Source: Amphiscolops sp. MND2022
Taxonomy: Eukaryota
NCBI GenBank assembly: GCA_964187785.1
Contig: OZ076417.1
Coordinates: 36,828,001-36,892,000, forward strand
Direction of reading: 5' to 3'
DNA: 64,000 nucleotides
In this document: positions 52,079-64,000 of the stretch, one piece after another
Position numbering within the stretch: position 1 is the first letter of the stretch
Layout of the letters: each line of letters opens with the position of its first letter
Translations under genes and position numbers: made by a program
Notes under the pieces: model-generated
What the model saw: only the letters and a program-made list of their open reading frames with translations
Told to the model about the DNA's origin: nothing
The model's database searches: none

Positions 52079-52759
52079 GACCAGGCGTCGTGAATCGGTA
52101 GACATGCAGTGATTTTTATCAATGGAAGTTTCAGGATGAGTTGAAAAGAACTAGTCACTGTAAAATTATGACCGTATTCTCCAGAAAAGAACTACTAAAA
52201 ATATGGGTCTCTACCCAACATCCTGAATATCTTGAAATAACGTGTGGATTATTTATGTTTTCAATGCTAATCGCCCAGAATCTTCTGTACGAAGAAAAGT
52301 TTTTAACATGTGACAAAAAGATATCACAAAATCTTCGGCCTAAACGTTTAAGACAGTTTCTAGAAGACTGGCACACTTTCTTAGCTGGAAAATAACAGTT
52401 TCCATTGAATATAGTTCCCCATCATATATAATAGACAATGAAAAAATGTAGTTGACAGGTGAGAAAAAGTTGCTCGAAAACCAATTTTTAATTTCAATTC
52501 CTGATTTCATCAATCTACTGATGGTACCTTTTTCTTTTCTCGTTTCCGATAAATGGGTTACCTCAATTTCAAATTTAGGATCTTTTAAAGAATTATGAAT
52601 AAACGATGGCATCGAAATTGGATGACGACTCTGGAAATGCAACTTTTTGAAAATTGACGTGACATAAATATGAAATTTTTCACAGCAAAAACGTTAAGAT
52701 AATTTCCATACTTTATAAGCTTTTTCTTTCATATTTATTTTTTCCTGTATTTCTAAGCT

Positions 52760-54137
52760 ATGTCGTTCCGAATATTTTGTTTTGTTTTGCTTGCTGTTTT
52801 TATGAATACCTCCGGAGAAAAACGTCATGAAAAAACTGTGCGAAAAGTATTTTTCGGAGATCTGAGAGGCGGAAAACGCTTCCGAGGTGAACGCTTGTTG
52901 TCCAAAAGTGTTGCATCTGGAACAATGTGCGCAATGAAATGTATCCGAAATCCCAAATGCCGATCTTTCAACTTTTGCAACAGCGGAATGGTTTGTGAAC
53001 TAAATCGGCACGACTTGTTTTCCACCCAATATGGCGCCAAAATGTTGGACAGTGCACCAAACTGCTTGTATGCAGGGATGCGGAAAAGCTACATCCCAGA
53101 ATGTTATACCAATGGAGTCAGAAGTGATGTTTCCAACGATCAAGATCCAAATAGTTGTGCAATAATTCACAAACGGGTGGATTTTGAATGGTCGGATTGG
53201 GGGGATCTCATGGTGGAAAATTCGAATACCGTGTGGAAGAAATTTTAAACGAGGGAAAGATTGATAGAAGCCGCACATGGAGGGAAACTGGTTCAACTCT
53301 TGAAGGAAGTGTGAAAGTTATCTATTGGTTGAATTTTGTTCACGATTTGAAAACTTGGCAGAATGCTAAAAGGAGATGCACCGACATGGGCGGAAAGCTG
53401 TTTTTCAAAGTTAGTCAAGTTCGAATAATTGAGGAGCTTGTCAAAATACTCGATTGGAGAATGATCAATCAGTTAGTTCTTTCACCTTTGAAAAAGACAA
53501 ATTTTGTCTTCAAAACATTCTCTATAAAATTTTATCGCTCGCTACCATGTGTTTCAACGGCTCTTATGGCATTGTTTGGCACACCTTGTATTATGAGAGA
53601 CATCGCTCAAAATACATCTGGGTAGTGTGGGTATCACGGAAAATGATTTTATCAAAAAAGACGGAACGATTTCTGCGATTTTAGCACTGAGTCACTTTTG
53701 TTTTTTCCATTTTCTTTTTCGGTCTTTCATAACAGAACGATGAAAACTGCAATAGGTTGATCGATGCTTTAAAATATTTGAACTGGCACAAAAAATCTCA
53801 TTTTTATTTAAAAACTTAGAGGTAGTTTTTTTCATGAACGGCCCGTGACTGCTCATGACTGTTGAAGGTTGATGGATCTAGACAACAGTTGGAAGTTTTC
53901 AATGAAAAGATGGGTTACGAGCCTCACTGGTTGGGAATATTCACTGAGGATCACACATCGTGGATATCTGTGGATGGCCCTGTTATACCTGGAAATCTGC
54001 TTCTTTGGCAAGAGAATGAGCCCAACGACGCTTTTGACCAAGAAGATTACGTCATGAATGGATTAGACGGAAAGTGGGGCCTCAATGACGCCAAAGAAGA
54101 AAGCAAAAATTCTTTCATATGCGATATGATTACCTGA
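52760..54137 (+). pseudogene. PAN/apple + C-type lectin copy B (exons 52760-53409 and 53868-54137)
   Basis: Close paralogue of copy A. TAC>TAA at 53246-53248; GGGAAAACT>GGGAAACT 1-bp deletion at ~53286; splice sites AAA|GTTAGT and GAAG|GTTGATGG are intact. Confidence 0.88.
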
Positions 54138-54779
54138 TTGGCCTATTCACTCCACAGTGTAAAATCCACTTTCTGATTAGTATTCTGTTGTGGAAAAATT
54201 CTGTATAATCAGTTTTTGTAGTTGGCAGAAACTCAATTGATGTACTTGGGACATTTTCATTACAAAATTTGTTCACTTTGTTTTTCAAAAAGTCTATATA
54301 ATCGTTTTCTTTAGTTGACAATAACTCCACTGGTTTATTCAGGAAAACTTTAAATACGAAATCTGATTGTTTTGGATTGCCTAAATTCTATGCTATCCGT
54401 TTTAGCTGTAACCAGAAACTCCATTGGTTATTTAGGAACTTTTTTTTACAAAATCTGATTATTTTGTATTGCCAAAATTCTATGTAATCGGTGTTTGCAG
54501 TTAGCAGAAACTCCATTGATCTATTAAGGAAAACTTATTCCGAAAAATGTGGTTACTACTTTGTTTTGCGAAAAGTTTCACAATTTTTCTTACAGGGACG
54601 AGTAGTTCATATCATGAAACTCAAGGTCACGATTAATGTTGAATTTTTGGGTCCTTCCATGTGTTAACGAACCATGTGCTCCCATGTATAGTCTATGAAA
54701 ATTTCATGCAAGAACTCTGTAAATGACTATGGTGTTTTTCTTCATATTTTTTCATCAGACAGATGATAGTTTATGCTTT

Positions 54780-55752
54780 CCCGGGTTGACCCTCTTACTA
54801 GCATCTTGGCTATCTTATCACGATGGACAAAATTTTAAGATTATAAAAAAACACTATACCTTCGGTACAAACAGCCGAGACTCAATCTAAAGGCTCATTT
54901 CACCCAACAACGACTATTTCTACTCGTTTTCATAATCAAAATGCTTAAACCTGCTGAAAAAATTTTGCATAAAAAATGCGTGAAAAATTACGATAACGTA
55001 GTCTGGCTTCCAAAATTTTGACGAGAATCCTAATAACTGCTCACCTGTTTAGGACTCAGAAATGCGAATGTATCAAATGAAAGGTAATTTCAAGGGCTTT
55101 CCAAAACTTGTAATTTATCACTCCTGTCGATTCCAGAGGCGGAGAAATATGCTCTCAAACGTCCAGACCACTATCGGAAAGTTACAAAGGAAAGACATTA
55201 AAATCCTGAAATTTTTGTAAAAATCATATTGCCAGCTTTCTTAGAGCCTGTTTCAGCAGCCTTATTACTGCTAGAAACGGCGGTCATTGCTCTAATTTGG
55301 GTAATGATTTATCTCAAGGCTTTTCTGACGCCGTTGTTGGTGACAGTTTTGCAATTGAAAGTACAATATCGATATCGAAATGGTTGTAAAAATCATTCAG
55401 TAATTTTGTTTTGAGTGATGTCCAGATTATTTTTCCATAACTCTTAATTTAATGGTTTTCTGATTGTACTTTTTCTCGATATCGAGCAATTCGTAGCAAT
55501 TTTTTTCTTGCCATATTCGACTTCTTAGTAAGATTTTTCTTGCCATATTGGGCTTCTCAGTAAGATTTTTCTTGCCATATTGGGCTTCTTAGTAAGATTT
55601 CTCTTGGAAACATGGCTCTCTTGATAATATCTTACCATGGCATCTTACAATTCTTGGCAATATCTTGTCACGATCTTAGCTAAGATTTTTCCAAGATCTT
55701 GGCAAGATCTTGCCAAGATCTTACTAAGATATCCATGGAGGGTTGACCCGGG
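54780..55752. mobile_element. Non-autonomous TIR element with subterminal tandem repeats
   Basis: Imperfect 15-bp TIRs CCCGGGTTGACCCTC / GAGGGTTGACCCGGG (13/15); internal ~30-bp TAAGATTTTTCTTGCCATATTGGGCTTCT and AAGATCTT repeats at 55480-55730. Confidence 0.55.
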
Positions 55753-58700
55753 TTTGCCTTAGTCCACATCAAAAGCCCCTCTGTGGGTTTGAAAAAAGTT
55801 TCGGGGAAAATCTATGCATACTGGAAATGTAGTATATTGTTGATTTATAGACTTCATTTTATCATTTCAAATTTACATAGAACAAAAACGAAAATCTTTT
55901 ACCTAAGTCCTACAGCTTTTTCATAAGCTTCCAACAGTTTTTCAATTCTTGTTCTCCCGTTGGAAAAATTTCGTGAGAACAGTGACACTTTGCAAGATGA
56001 ACCTTTTATGAAGTCATATTCTGTCTCATTTCGTTGCCTTATACAATTGTATCAATAGTCGATTTGATGAGTAATCATCCGTAATCCACGGATATTCCAT
56101 GACATCCATTTCAAGGTCAATGACATGGAACAAGGCTTGTTGAACTCAACGCTGATTATCTCAACCTGCTTTTACAGGCTCGAGCAAAGCGAAATGCTCA
56201 ATGGTGACCTTTCAGCTTTTAAAATATTTTGTTTGTATCTTCGCGGCTTAAACTTCGCTCAATTTTTTTCTTCGAGAGCACACCATGAAATTACACGAAA
56301 GTCATAACATCAATCGTCGATGCGAAAGAATAACGAAGACTCTTAACGTCTTTCTAAAAAAAACTACTGATTCATACGTTGCCACTGATTCATACAACAG
56401 TTGCCACACCTGCGCTCAGAAAATCGACTCTCTTCGCAGCTTTAATTCCCTCAGAATGATAGCAATTGATAGAAATCCGGGAGTTACACCAATTGGAATA
56501 GAAAAAGCGCATCATCAATAGGAATGTTGAGTTGTATATGAAAACTGATTCGAAACACCTTTGTTATGATCCTCAAATGGGAATTGGTCAAAAATGCTGT
56601 TTTGATCGCACGATACCTTCGTTACGTGAAACTATGAAACTATCTGATGGTCAAAATATTTTCATCCCATATTGAGCCCTCCCTGGGAAAGTGAACAGAT
56701 TCTGCTTTGAAAATGAAATTAGTTGATGAAAAGTGCTCTGCAAGACGCCTAGTTGAAGTTTTGGAAAGCAATTTCTGTGCGAATCTTAATATTAAATCTT
56801 AACAATTGATTGTGCGGCAATTGGTATCCTGCAAACAGAATCATTGCCAGAATTATATGTGCGAAAAGACACCGTTTTAAGTTTTCTTACAAAGATCGAA
56901 TGTTCCCTTAGTGATTTGAATCAAAACTTTTGTATGTTTTGAAAATGAGTTTGCCAGAGTACCCAGACGCGGTCCATCGCTGATGTGATGAAATGCAGTT
57001 TCAAAGACGGTTTTTGTCTTTGCTCTGCTTCAACTTTAGTGAATTTGTTTTTTAATTTTTTGATATAGTATATTCATTGTTCAATAGTAAAGTTTTCAAA
57101 TTTCAGATTTTTTAAAACAGAGTTTTTTAGATCTCCGCCAATAATGTGAAGAGGAGATTTATAAATATTTATAATTTTGAGTGCACTGTTCTGAAATTGC
57201 TAAAATACTTTGTAAAGTAGTTTAAGAAGCGCGAAGAATCAGTACATTGTTTCGCTGAAAGCTCTGAAAAAAATTGAAAAATCCGTACAGAAATCCTAGA
57301 ACACCTGTGAAGATCCTTGCAGATCTGCCGTTGTCCTTACGTAGCAGTGGCACGACCTTTACAGATCCTCAAGGAAAAAAAGGCAAACATCTGAACATCT
57401 CTACAAATTCTCAAGGAAAGCTCAACAAGGGATTTCCTTGAATGGCAGGCTCGCAATTGATAACAGTCGAAACTTTTGTCCTTTTCTTTTACACTGACAT
57501 ATGAAAATGATACAGAACAAAAGTTAAAGTTTTCACCGTTAAACGAAGACTGCCACTGATTGAATTTGCATCACGTAAAAACGTTCATCATAAAATGTAC
57601 GCGGATAATGAAAATACTGTTCTGAACATACACACCTTTTCCTTTAGAAATTTTAGAACTACTGAAAAAAATTGATGGAAAATGCTTGAATGTCAGATGT
57701 ATGAGCTCCGAGACAAAACTGGAAAGCTGTTAAACCAGGTTTTCTCCAGATCGATTGAATTAAAGAGTTTTTGAAAAGCGATCTTGTGAATTGGAAGAAA
57801 AGCGTTCACATGTATGAAATTCAGTTAATTCATTTACAAATATTGGGTAAGACAGTTTCAACTCAAAGATTTTCTCTAAGTGTTTCCGTTGCTCTATTCA
57901 TGACCAGACACAATATAATTAAATACGGAACCAACGTCAAAATTTCGCATAAAATGTTGATTATTTTGGCCAAAGGTCTCTGTTTTTCTGTAAAATACAA
58001 CTGCAACTGTTTTCTGATTTCATTTATCTCAGTCTTTGTGTCAAAAGTCAACATTTTTGCGCGGGTTTGAGGCCATTTCCGGAGCATCATTTGTCTACAA
58101 TGAAAGCAAAACATCAAATCCGGCACCATTCAAATGTTTAATAAATTTGTTATCTGACGGATAAACCTTCGTTGAAAGCCAGAATTGATAAATTTCAAGA
58201 AAGTCAATTGTTCAATGGGGCAGTTTTCGAAATTTTGATTTTGAAGAAAAAATTAATACCAAAAATTTTGAGTAATCTTCAATTTCAGAGAAAACGTTTC
58301 CCTTGGTCTAAAAAGGTAGAAGAAAAATGGTCTTTTAGGGTAAATCAAGAGAACTTCAAAACAATGAAATAAATTATTGCGAACCGGGGTGCGTATATTG
58401 GATCTCCAGTCAGATGCGTCTGCTCAAAGTTAGTTGAAAACAACACGCTAAACACAACTAGTCGGAAACAGCTCGTCCAAATAAATAGGCAGAAGTGTGG
58501 TCGAAACCTAAATTGTCCATTATTAATATCAGATGCAAATTCGTCCAAAGATTCTGTCAAAAATTTAAAAAAATGGAAAAAAGCGCCCACAAGAGCCTTG
58601 CAGGTATGTTTTTCGTCAAAAAAGACTGCGAACAACCTTTGACGTCACCAATTCTTGTGTCGAAATATCATCTTAATTTCCGAATCTCTTCACAATCACC

Positions 58701-59008
58701 TCTTAACAATGTTCAAGTTTTCGAGAAAAAACAGTGCAAAAATTTTTTTTTCGAGAAGTTAAAAAACTTCCAAGACGTGTTTGCTACTTCCCTTCGAAAG
58801 AAAACGTTTTTCATTGACATGAAATGAACTGATTGGTTAGAAGTTACTTTATCTATTCATTCGTTTTGAATTTGGAGAATTTTACATGAGAAAATTTGAA
58901 TGATTTTCTGGGAAGGAGTTTAAGAGGAATTGTTGTTCAATTAATTTCAAACTTTCGAAAGTTTCTTTTATTCTTTGCCTTTCGGTAGTGGCGCTACACT
59001 GCGTTGAA

Positions 59009-60076
59009 TCACTTGTTCCGTTTGCTGCATTGGGTTATCTTTTGAAACAGTTTTTTGACAGGTTTCTGAAAGTCCCTGCACACAAAGACAAGTATAACGG
59101 GGTTTATCATGGAATACAAGAAAAACATTTCGCTATCGAAGGATTGAAGAATCACATATGCAACAATCTCTGGCTTGTTGTACTCTACTTGGCAATCCAT
59201 GCGATTGCCAGGGCAAAATGCATCAATCAGCCTGGATGCTTCTTCTGGGAACCAGAGAATGATCCAGAGGACACAGGACGTCAAAAACGCAATGGTAATG
59301 TCTCTGGTCCGATCTCGGTTCGCTCGAGTCTTTCGTAGTCGCACAGCAACGAAAGTGTATAGAATAGTTGTCAGAATTGCTGGGGCTACAAAAAAGAACA
59401 GCGACTTGAATAATTCTTCCGATCTGTATTCATCAAAACAAGCAAAGTCCATTTTATGGTACCATGACGAAGACCACATATTGAGAATATATGAACAGTA
59501 GAAACTCCGGATCACATACCCCAGGAGAAATAATGTAAGAATTATGCAGGTAATAACACGTGAGGTCTTTGTTATGATCTGTTTCGCTCGGAAGGGGTGA
59601 CAGACCATGATGTATCTCTCAATTGCAATGACCAAGACACAATAGCCCGTTGTAATCAAATTTACATCTGTGTATATAAAGCCTAAAATTTCGTTTGCTC
59701 TGTATACATGTTCATAAAGAAAGTCCGCCTTTTTGTATTGGAAAGATCGCAAAAAATTTGCAACTTTTCCATCATACCTGTTCACCCATTCATTTTCTTC
59801 GTTTATGGAATACCTCATCAAAAGCATACCCAGACTGTGATCGAAGACATTGTAGCCAATCAGAATGTCAAAGAACGCTTGCAGACCAACAGGATAAAAC
59901 TTGATAGATCTCAATTCCTTTTGATAGAAGATGGCGAACATTATGTAAATGTTGAAAACAAACGTGAGCGCTCCCGTGGAGGCCTTTAAACACAGAAATT
60001 TGACAGTAATTGAAAACTTGGAGCATGCGTTCAATCCCCCCTTCCCCAAGCGGGCGCTGGGGGAAATAAGACACAA
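59009..60076 (-). CDS. Intronless class A (rhodopsin-like) GPCR, orphan
   Basis: 355-aa ORF with seven hydrophobic segments; TM3 IAIERYIMVCHP (DRY variant), TM5 FFFVAPAILTTILY, TM6 CVLWIILWFP, TM7 YSMINPVI plus helix 8. The true start codon is uncertain. Confidence 0.9.
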   Translation of the reverse strand: MCLISPSARLGKGGLNACSKFSITVKFLCLKASTGALTFVFNIYIMFAIFYQKELRSIKFYPVGLQAFFDILIGYNVFDHSLGMLLMRYSINEENEWVNRYDGKVANFLRSFQYKKADFLYEHVYRANEILGFIYTDVNLITTGYCVLVIAIERYIMVCHPFRAKQIITKTSRVITCIILTLFLLGYVIRSFYCSYILNMWSSSWYHKMDFACFDEYRSEELFKSLFFFVAPAILTTILYTFVAVRLRKTRANRDRTRDITIAFLTSCVLWIILWFPEEASRLIDAFCPGNRMDCQVEYNKPEIVAYVILQSFDSEMFFLYSMINPVILVFVCRDFQKPVKKLFQKITQCSKRNK

Positions 60077-62439
60077 GGTTCAAATACTGATACGTCGACA
60101 TCGTTATCGTTGGATTTTTGGTCGAATAATACTTGATGTCGACATAATCCTATCCATTACGTTGACTGCCAGTTAAAAGTTGCTCATTGGATTTTATCTC
60201 GGAGAAACTTTGCGTTGAAATAGGGGCCTTTTTATACAATTTTAGCTTGTTCCAAGCGTGAATTTCTGCTCTTTTGGACAATATAATCAAGAAAATTAGG
60301 CATTGTTTTTGCCTGAAGCGTCAAAATAGTTGTAGAGACAATCCTCTAAGTATTTACATTCATATAATGTTATCTAGTTAGTGAAATATTTTTATCCACA
60401 AACAAAATGTGCTTTCGCGTTGGGGGAAGGGAGGAATTCGCAACAAGGTGTACATGGGGGTGTGAATTGAATAAATGGTCCGAACACATGACAGAAAATT
60501 ACAAACCGTGTTATTGGAGTTCAAACAAACTGTACTGTAACAACATGCAAAATCATGAGTATGTCCTTTTCTTGTTATTTTTTATTTCACAGCTGGGATA
60601 ATTGAAACATGGTACTTAAACATCCGATGTAATTCACCAAAAACATTATGACCAGTTTTTCTACGGAGTATGAATCAAAAGAAAAAGAATCTACCAAAAT
60701 CAAATGACACGAAATTACGAGCCGATCGATCTAGGAAGCTTTCGATACTGAGAACCATGTTTCAAATGAAACAAATAATTTTACTTTCATTACAACGATG
60801 ATATTGAAAGTTGACGATAACGCCAAACTACAGATGCAAAACAAGCTCAATTTTCTCAATTAGCAAATTGTTTCTTTTTACTTGATTTTCCGATAGTGAG
60901 GTCCCATGCTACCAATACATTCCTTCCAATATGTAGTTCAGTGCAATTGGAGCGATAGTAATGTTGATAGAGAGTAATATTTTGAAAGTAGATTGATGGC
61001 AAAAGATGAAATGAGTTCTTGTGTCAAGACTGTACTGTTATCAATGAGAACAACTAGTGCTTCAATGAACAGGTGGATGTCGAATTTTGTTCCTATGAAT
61101 CAGTAGGAGTTTTTGTCCAACTATGCTTTTACCCGAAGCACAAACAACTTCCTCTGTGAAAAACACAACAGGGAAGTCTCATGGACCTTATCAGGAACCA
61201 GCGCATACTTGCGCTCTCAAAGAGCCGAATGACAGCTCCAGTGCAAAACAGGCAGTCAAATGAATAAAGGCAAGATACAAGCCGTGGTGCTAGTGCCCAC
61301 AAGTGTGGGTTTTGTTGATGCAGTGTTTCAGTTTATTCCGGTTATATCTAGCGTCATGTTGATAATTAGCGATAATTAAGTCTCTCACGTTATCAAACGA
61401 TGTATTCCCTCTCATTTGTTCAAATAAATAATGGAATGTTTTCGAGAAGACATCTCATGCACTGTCAAAATGTTCTTGTCGCTATACATTTTTTATAAAG
61501 AGGTTGTTTTCCTTAAAGAAAGTAGCCCTAGTAAGTTGGCTTTGCGTATCACAATTTCATCGAGTTTTTTGTCGCATTGCCTGTGTTTACAACCGAAAAA
61601 GCTGGATATGCTACCTAGGTGGTCCACCTGTGGGACTTGGGAGTTGTATCATAGGTGACCACCGGCTGACTGCGATTGATTGCCAACAGGGGTTAATTTA
61701 ATTATCTAAACATCCAAAGGATACGAAACGAGCTTTTGGATTTTTTTTGGAAATTTTAAGTATGATAGTTGCCGACTTCAGTTGAAGAAACAGCTCCAAT
61801 TTAAAACTATTCCTGTATATGCGGCCAACATTTAAAACATTTGTGAGCACCTGACGCTTTTTTGTGAATAGCATAAAAATTAACGCGCCTTGAAATTTTT
61901 TGTCTGCGAAAGCAATATCTCTTAATGATTAGTGGACCCACACAAAGCACACTTGCGTGTAAGAAAAGAAAGGTCAGGATAATGAACGAAACGATGCTCT
62001 TACTTGCACGTGGTCTGAATATTGCTGTAATGGGTACGCTATGGACTCATGTAACTTCAGAATGTACGGCTTCTCTGGAAGAGGTGCAAACGTGTTCATT
62101 GCAATGGCTATGACGTCAGCTGAAACACTCATCAATCAATCTCGCTTTCCGAAGTTACTGAGTTACTGGTGATTTGATACTGTTCGTTTTGAGCGAAAAC
62201 GCTGTGGGAATTAAAAATCCAAAAAATTGTTTTCCTAGTTTGGCTTCACATTTCAGATTTGAGAATGAGTAATGTTTAACTTAAAAGAACAATATTTAAG
62301 ATTTATATTTTTATCATTTGAGTTACTAGTTCACCAGTTATTTCCATAGTTTCCCCTCCATACAAAAAACACATGCATCAAAAATGATATTTTTCTAGAC
62401 ATGGGCACAGTCGTCCAAGAAGTTACAAAAATGCTCGAA

Positions 62440-63900
62440 TCTTAAATTTTCAGATACCTTACTGAGAGAAAAACGAACACTACTGAGGATGCGGAGAGAG
62501 ATCCCGAACAAGAACTCTCATTGACTTTCTCCGCGAAGGAGCGTACAGCCACAACAGTAGAACAGACAAGTGAACATCAGTGTAAAAATCTGATGGAAGC
62601 TCTTTACACAGTCTTACACATGACCATGACCTCACCGAGATGAAGAAAAAATTGAAATCCCTTCCTCGGCAGCTACAAACGGAGCTAAGACATCTTCGTG
62701 TGGGCTTTTGTGCAATTGGTCATAAGTAAGATGATAAAAACGATGAGGTTTATTGAACCGATAACAGTTCGAGTACAGTGGTTACCTTGTTTATTCTGAT
62801 AAATTTCCCAACGGAAAAGAACAAATACCGTAGCTGAACGGGCTTTTTCTGGAGACAACGCGTCCCAAGCGAATCAGCAGCAGATGTCTTGAAAAACTTT
62901 TCGGAATGTGTAGAAGCCCTGTGAATTTGGAACCATAACACTGGCAGAAGTACTAGTGTCATAGTGTCTCGAACGAATTTCAACCGATGGTTTCGACCTA
63001 AAGAAACGCGTCAACAAAAACGGTATGACACTTGAATCAATCACATATGCTTCACTTGGGTCTATGTACGCAATGAGCGAAACGAGCGAAGATGATTTGT
63101 CTTAAAATAAAATACACAATGTTAATCAAACACGCATGATGCTTCTATCGCCGTGCAAACGTAGATTTTTTTCTAAATTGGTTCTTTTTCATTTGGATTC
63201 GTGGAACTTTCTCCTTATGGGAAATTTTGTTCTTCAGTTTTTACCGTGCTTGGGTTTTGTCTCTTCATCATTTGTGGACCCATTTAGTTTCTCGGACATG
63301 TACTCACGTGTGTTATGTGTGAATGATACTGGCACTATGAATCCGGTGTTATCCTTCCGAATTTACAGTGTTTTTCCACATCCAGTAGTTTTTCCAAACA
63401 TCCGCGGCTGAAGAGTCGGTGTCGAGTTGTACCTCGAAGAAGTCCACTCTGCTATGGTAATTGATTCCTCCTGTGTATATTGTAAGCGGAATGAAGATGA
63501 AGCTGGTGTAACGGAAGTTTTGTCGATTTATTCATGATTGCCGTTGGTCGCATCTCAGTTAAAGTTGGTTGCCCAATGGCCCATACGAAATTATCATTTA
63601 TTTGCTTTTCAAGCTGCCGCCGAAAGATTTCCGATGATTCGTTGTCGGGTTCTACCTCCGTCAGGTCAAGATCATGTGCTACTTTTACATGGTGTGTAAA
63701 CCGCTTTCCATCAGATTTTGCACTGTTGCTTGCTTGTCTGTTCTACTGTTGTGGCTGTAAAGTTCTTGGCTGAGAAAGTCAAGGTGTTGAGCTGTTAAAA
63801 ATGTAGATGTTTGTAGTTCTTATTTGTTTTATGGAGCACATAGGAAGTCTAGGATTCTTAACAGCAAATTCGTCTAAGGTACCAAGTTTAATGACTAGCT
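62440..63900. mobile_element. Two oppositely oriented, heavily decayed gag-like relics (~62440-62720 plus; ~63150-63900 minus)
   Basis: 27-bp exact inverted match between 62544-62570 and 63733-63759 with further similarity beside it. Minus-strand fragments HSRVDFFE and EKLLDVEKHCKF resemble gypsy gag by eye. Confidence 0.4.
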
Positions 63901-64000
63901 AGCTATTTCCAATATCTCTGAGATCTCAGTTAAGTCCCTTTTTCAGATAGAAACCGTTTTTCAGTTAATACTCTAAATTTCTCCAAGTAGATATATTCTA

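Noticed and set aside
55900-56950. Possible decayed coding sequence on the minus strand
   Set aside because: Fragments look protein-like, but all frames have many stops and I recognised no motif; it needs tblastx.

Overview
AT-rich eukaryotic (invertebrate animal) DNA dominated by nested, decayed LTR retrotransposons. An acoel-like marine worm is my guess from gene style, not something the sequence proves. No rRNA, intact tRNA or CRISPR array was found. Host genes: (1) a secreted PAN/apple + C-type lectin gene, copy A, with exon 1 at 1524-2180 and the only complete last exon at 14400-14669; (2) a close paralogue, copy B (52760-54137), pseudogenised by a nonsense codon and a 1-bp deletion; (3) an intronless class A GPCR (59009-60076, minus). 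Mobile DNA: (a) an 11-kb Ty3/gypsy composite (2661-13658, TSD GTTGG) inside lectin A. It ends in an inverted copy of its own LTR start and carries a spliced, antisense, decayed hAT-transposase-like gene, the most unusual object in the window. (b) A 26.5-kb minus-strand Ty3/gypsy element (21748-48204, TSD GTTA) with gag, pol, a chuvirus-G/herpes-gB-like env, extra ORFs after env and a 3.15-kb internal tandem duplication. (c) A younger Ty1/copia element nested in (b) (39497-44848, TSD AGGTG) whose LTRs have non-canonical TA...GA ends. (d) A second env relic, several MITE/foldback elements and gag relics. All protein family calls are by-eye motif matches, not database results.
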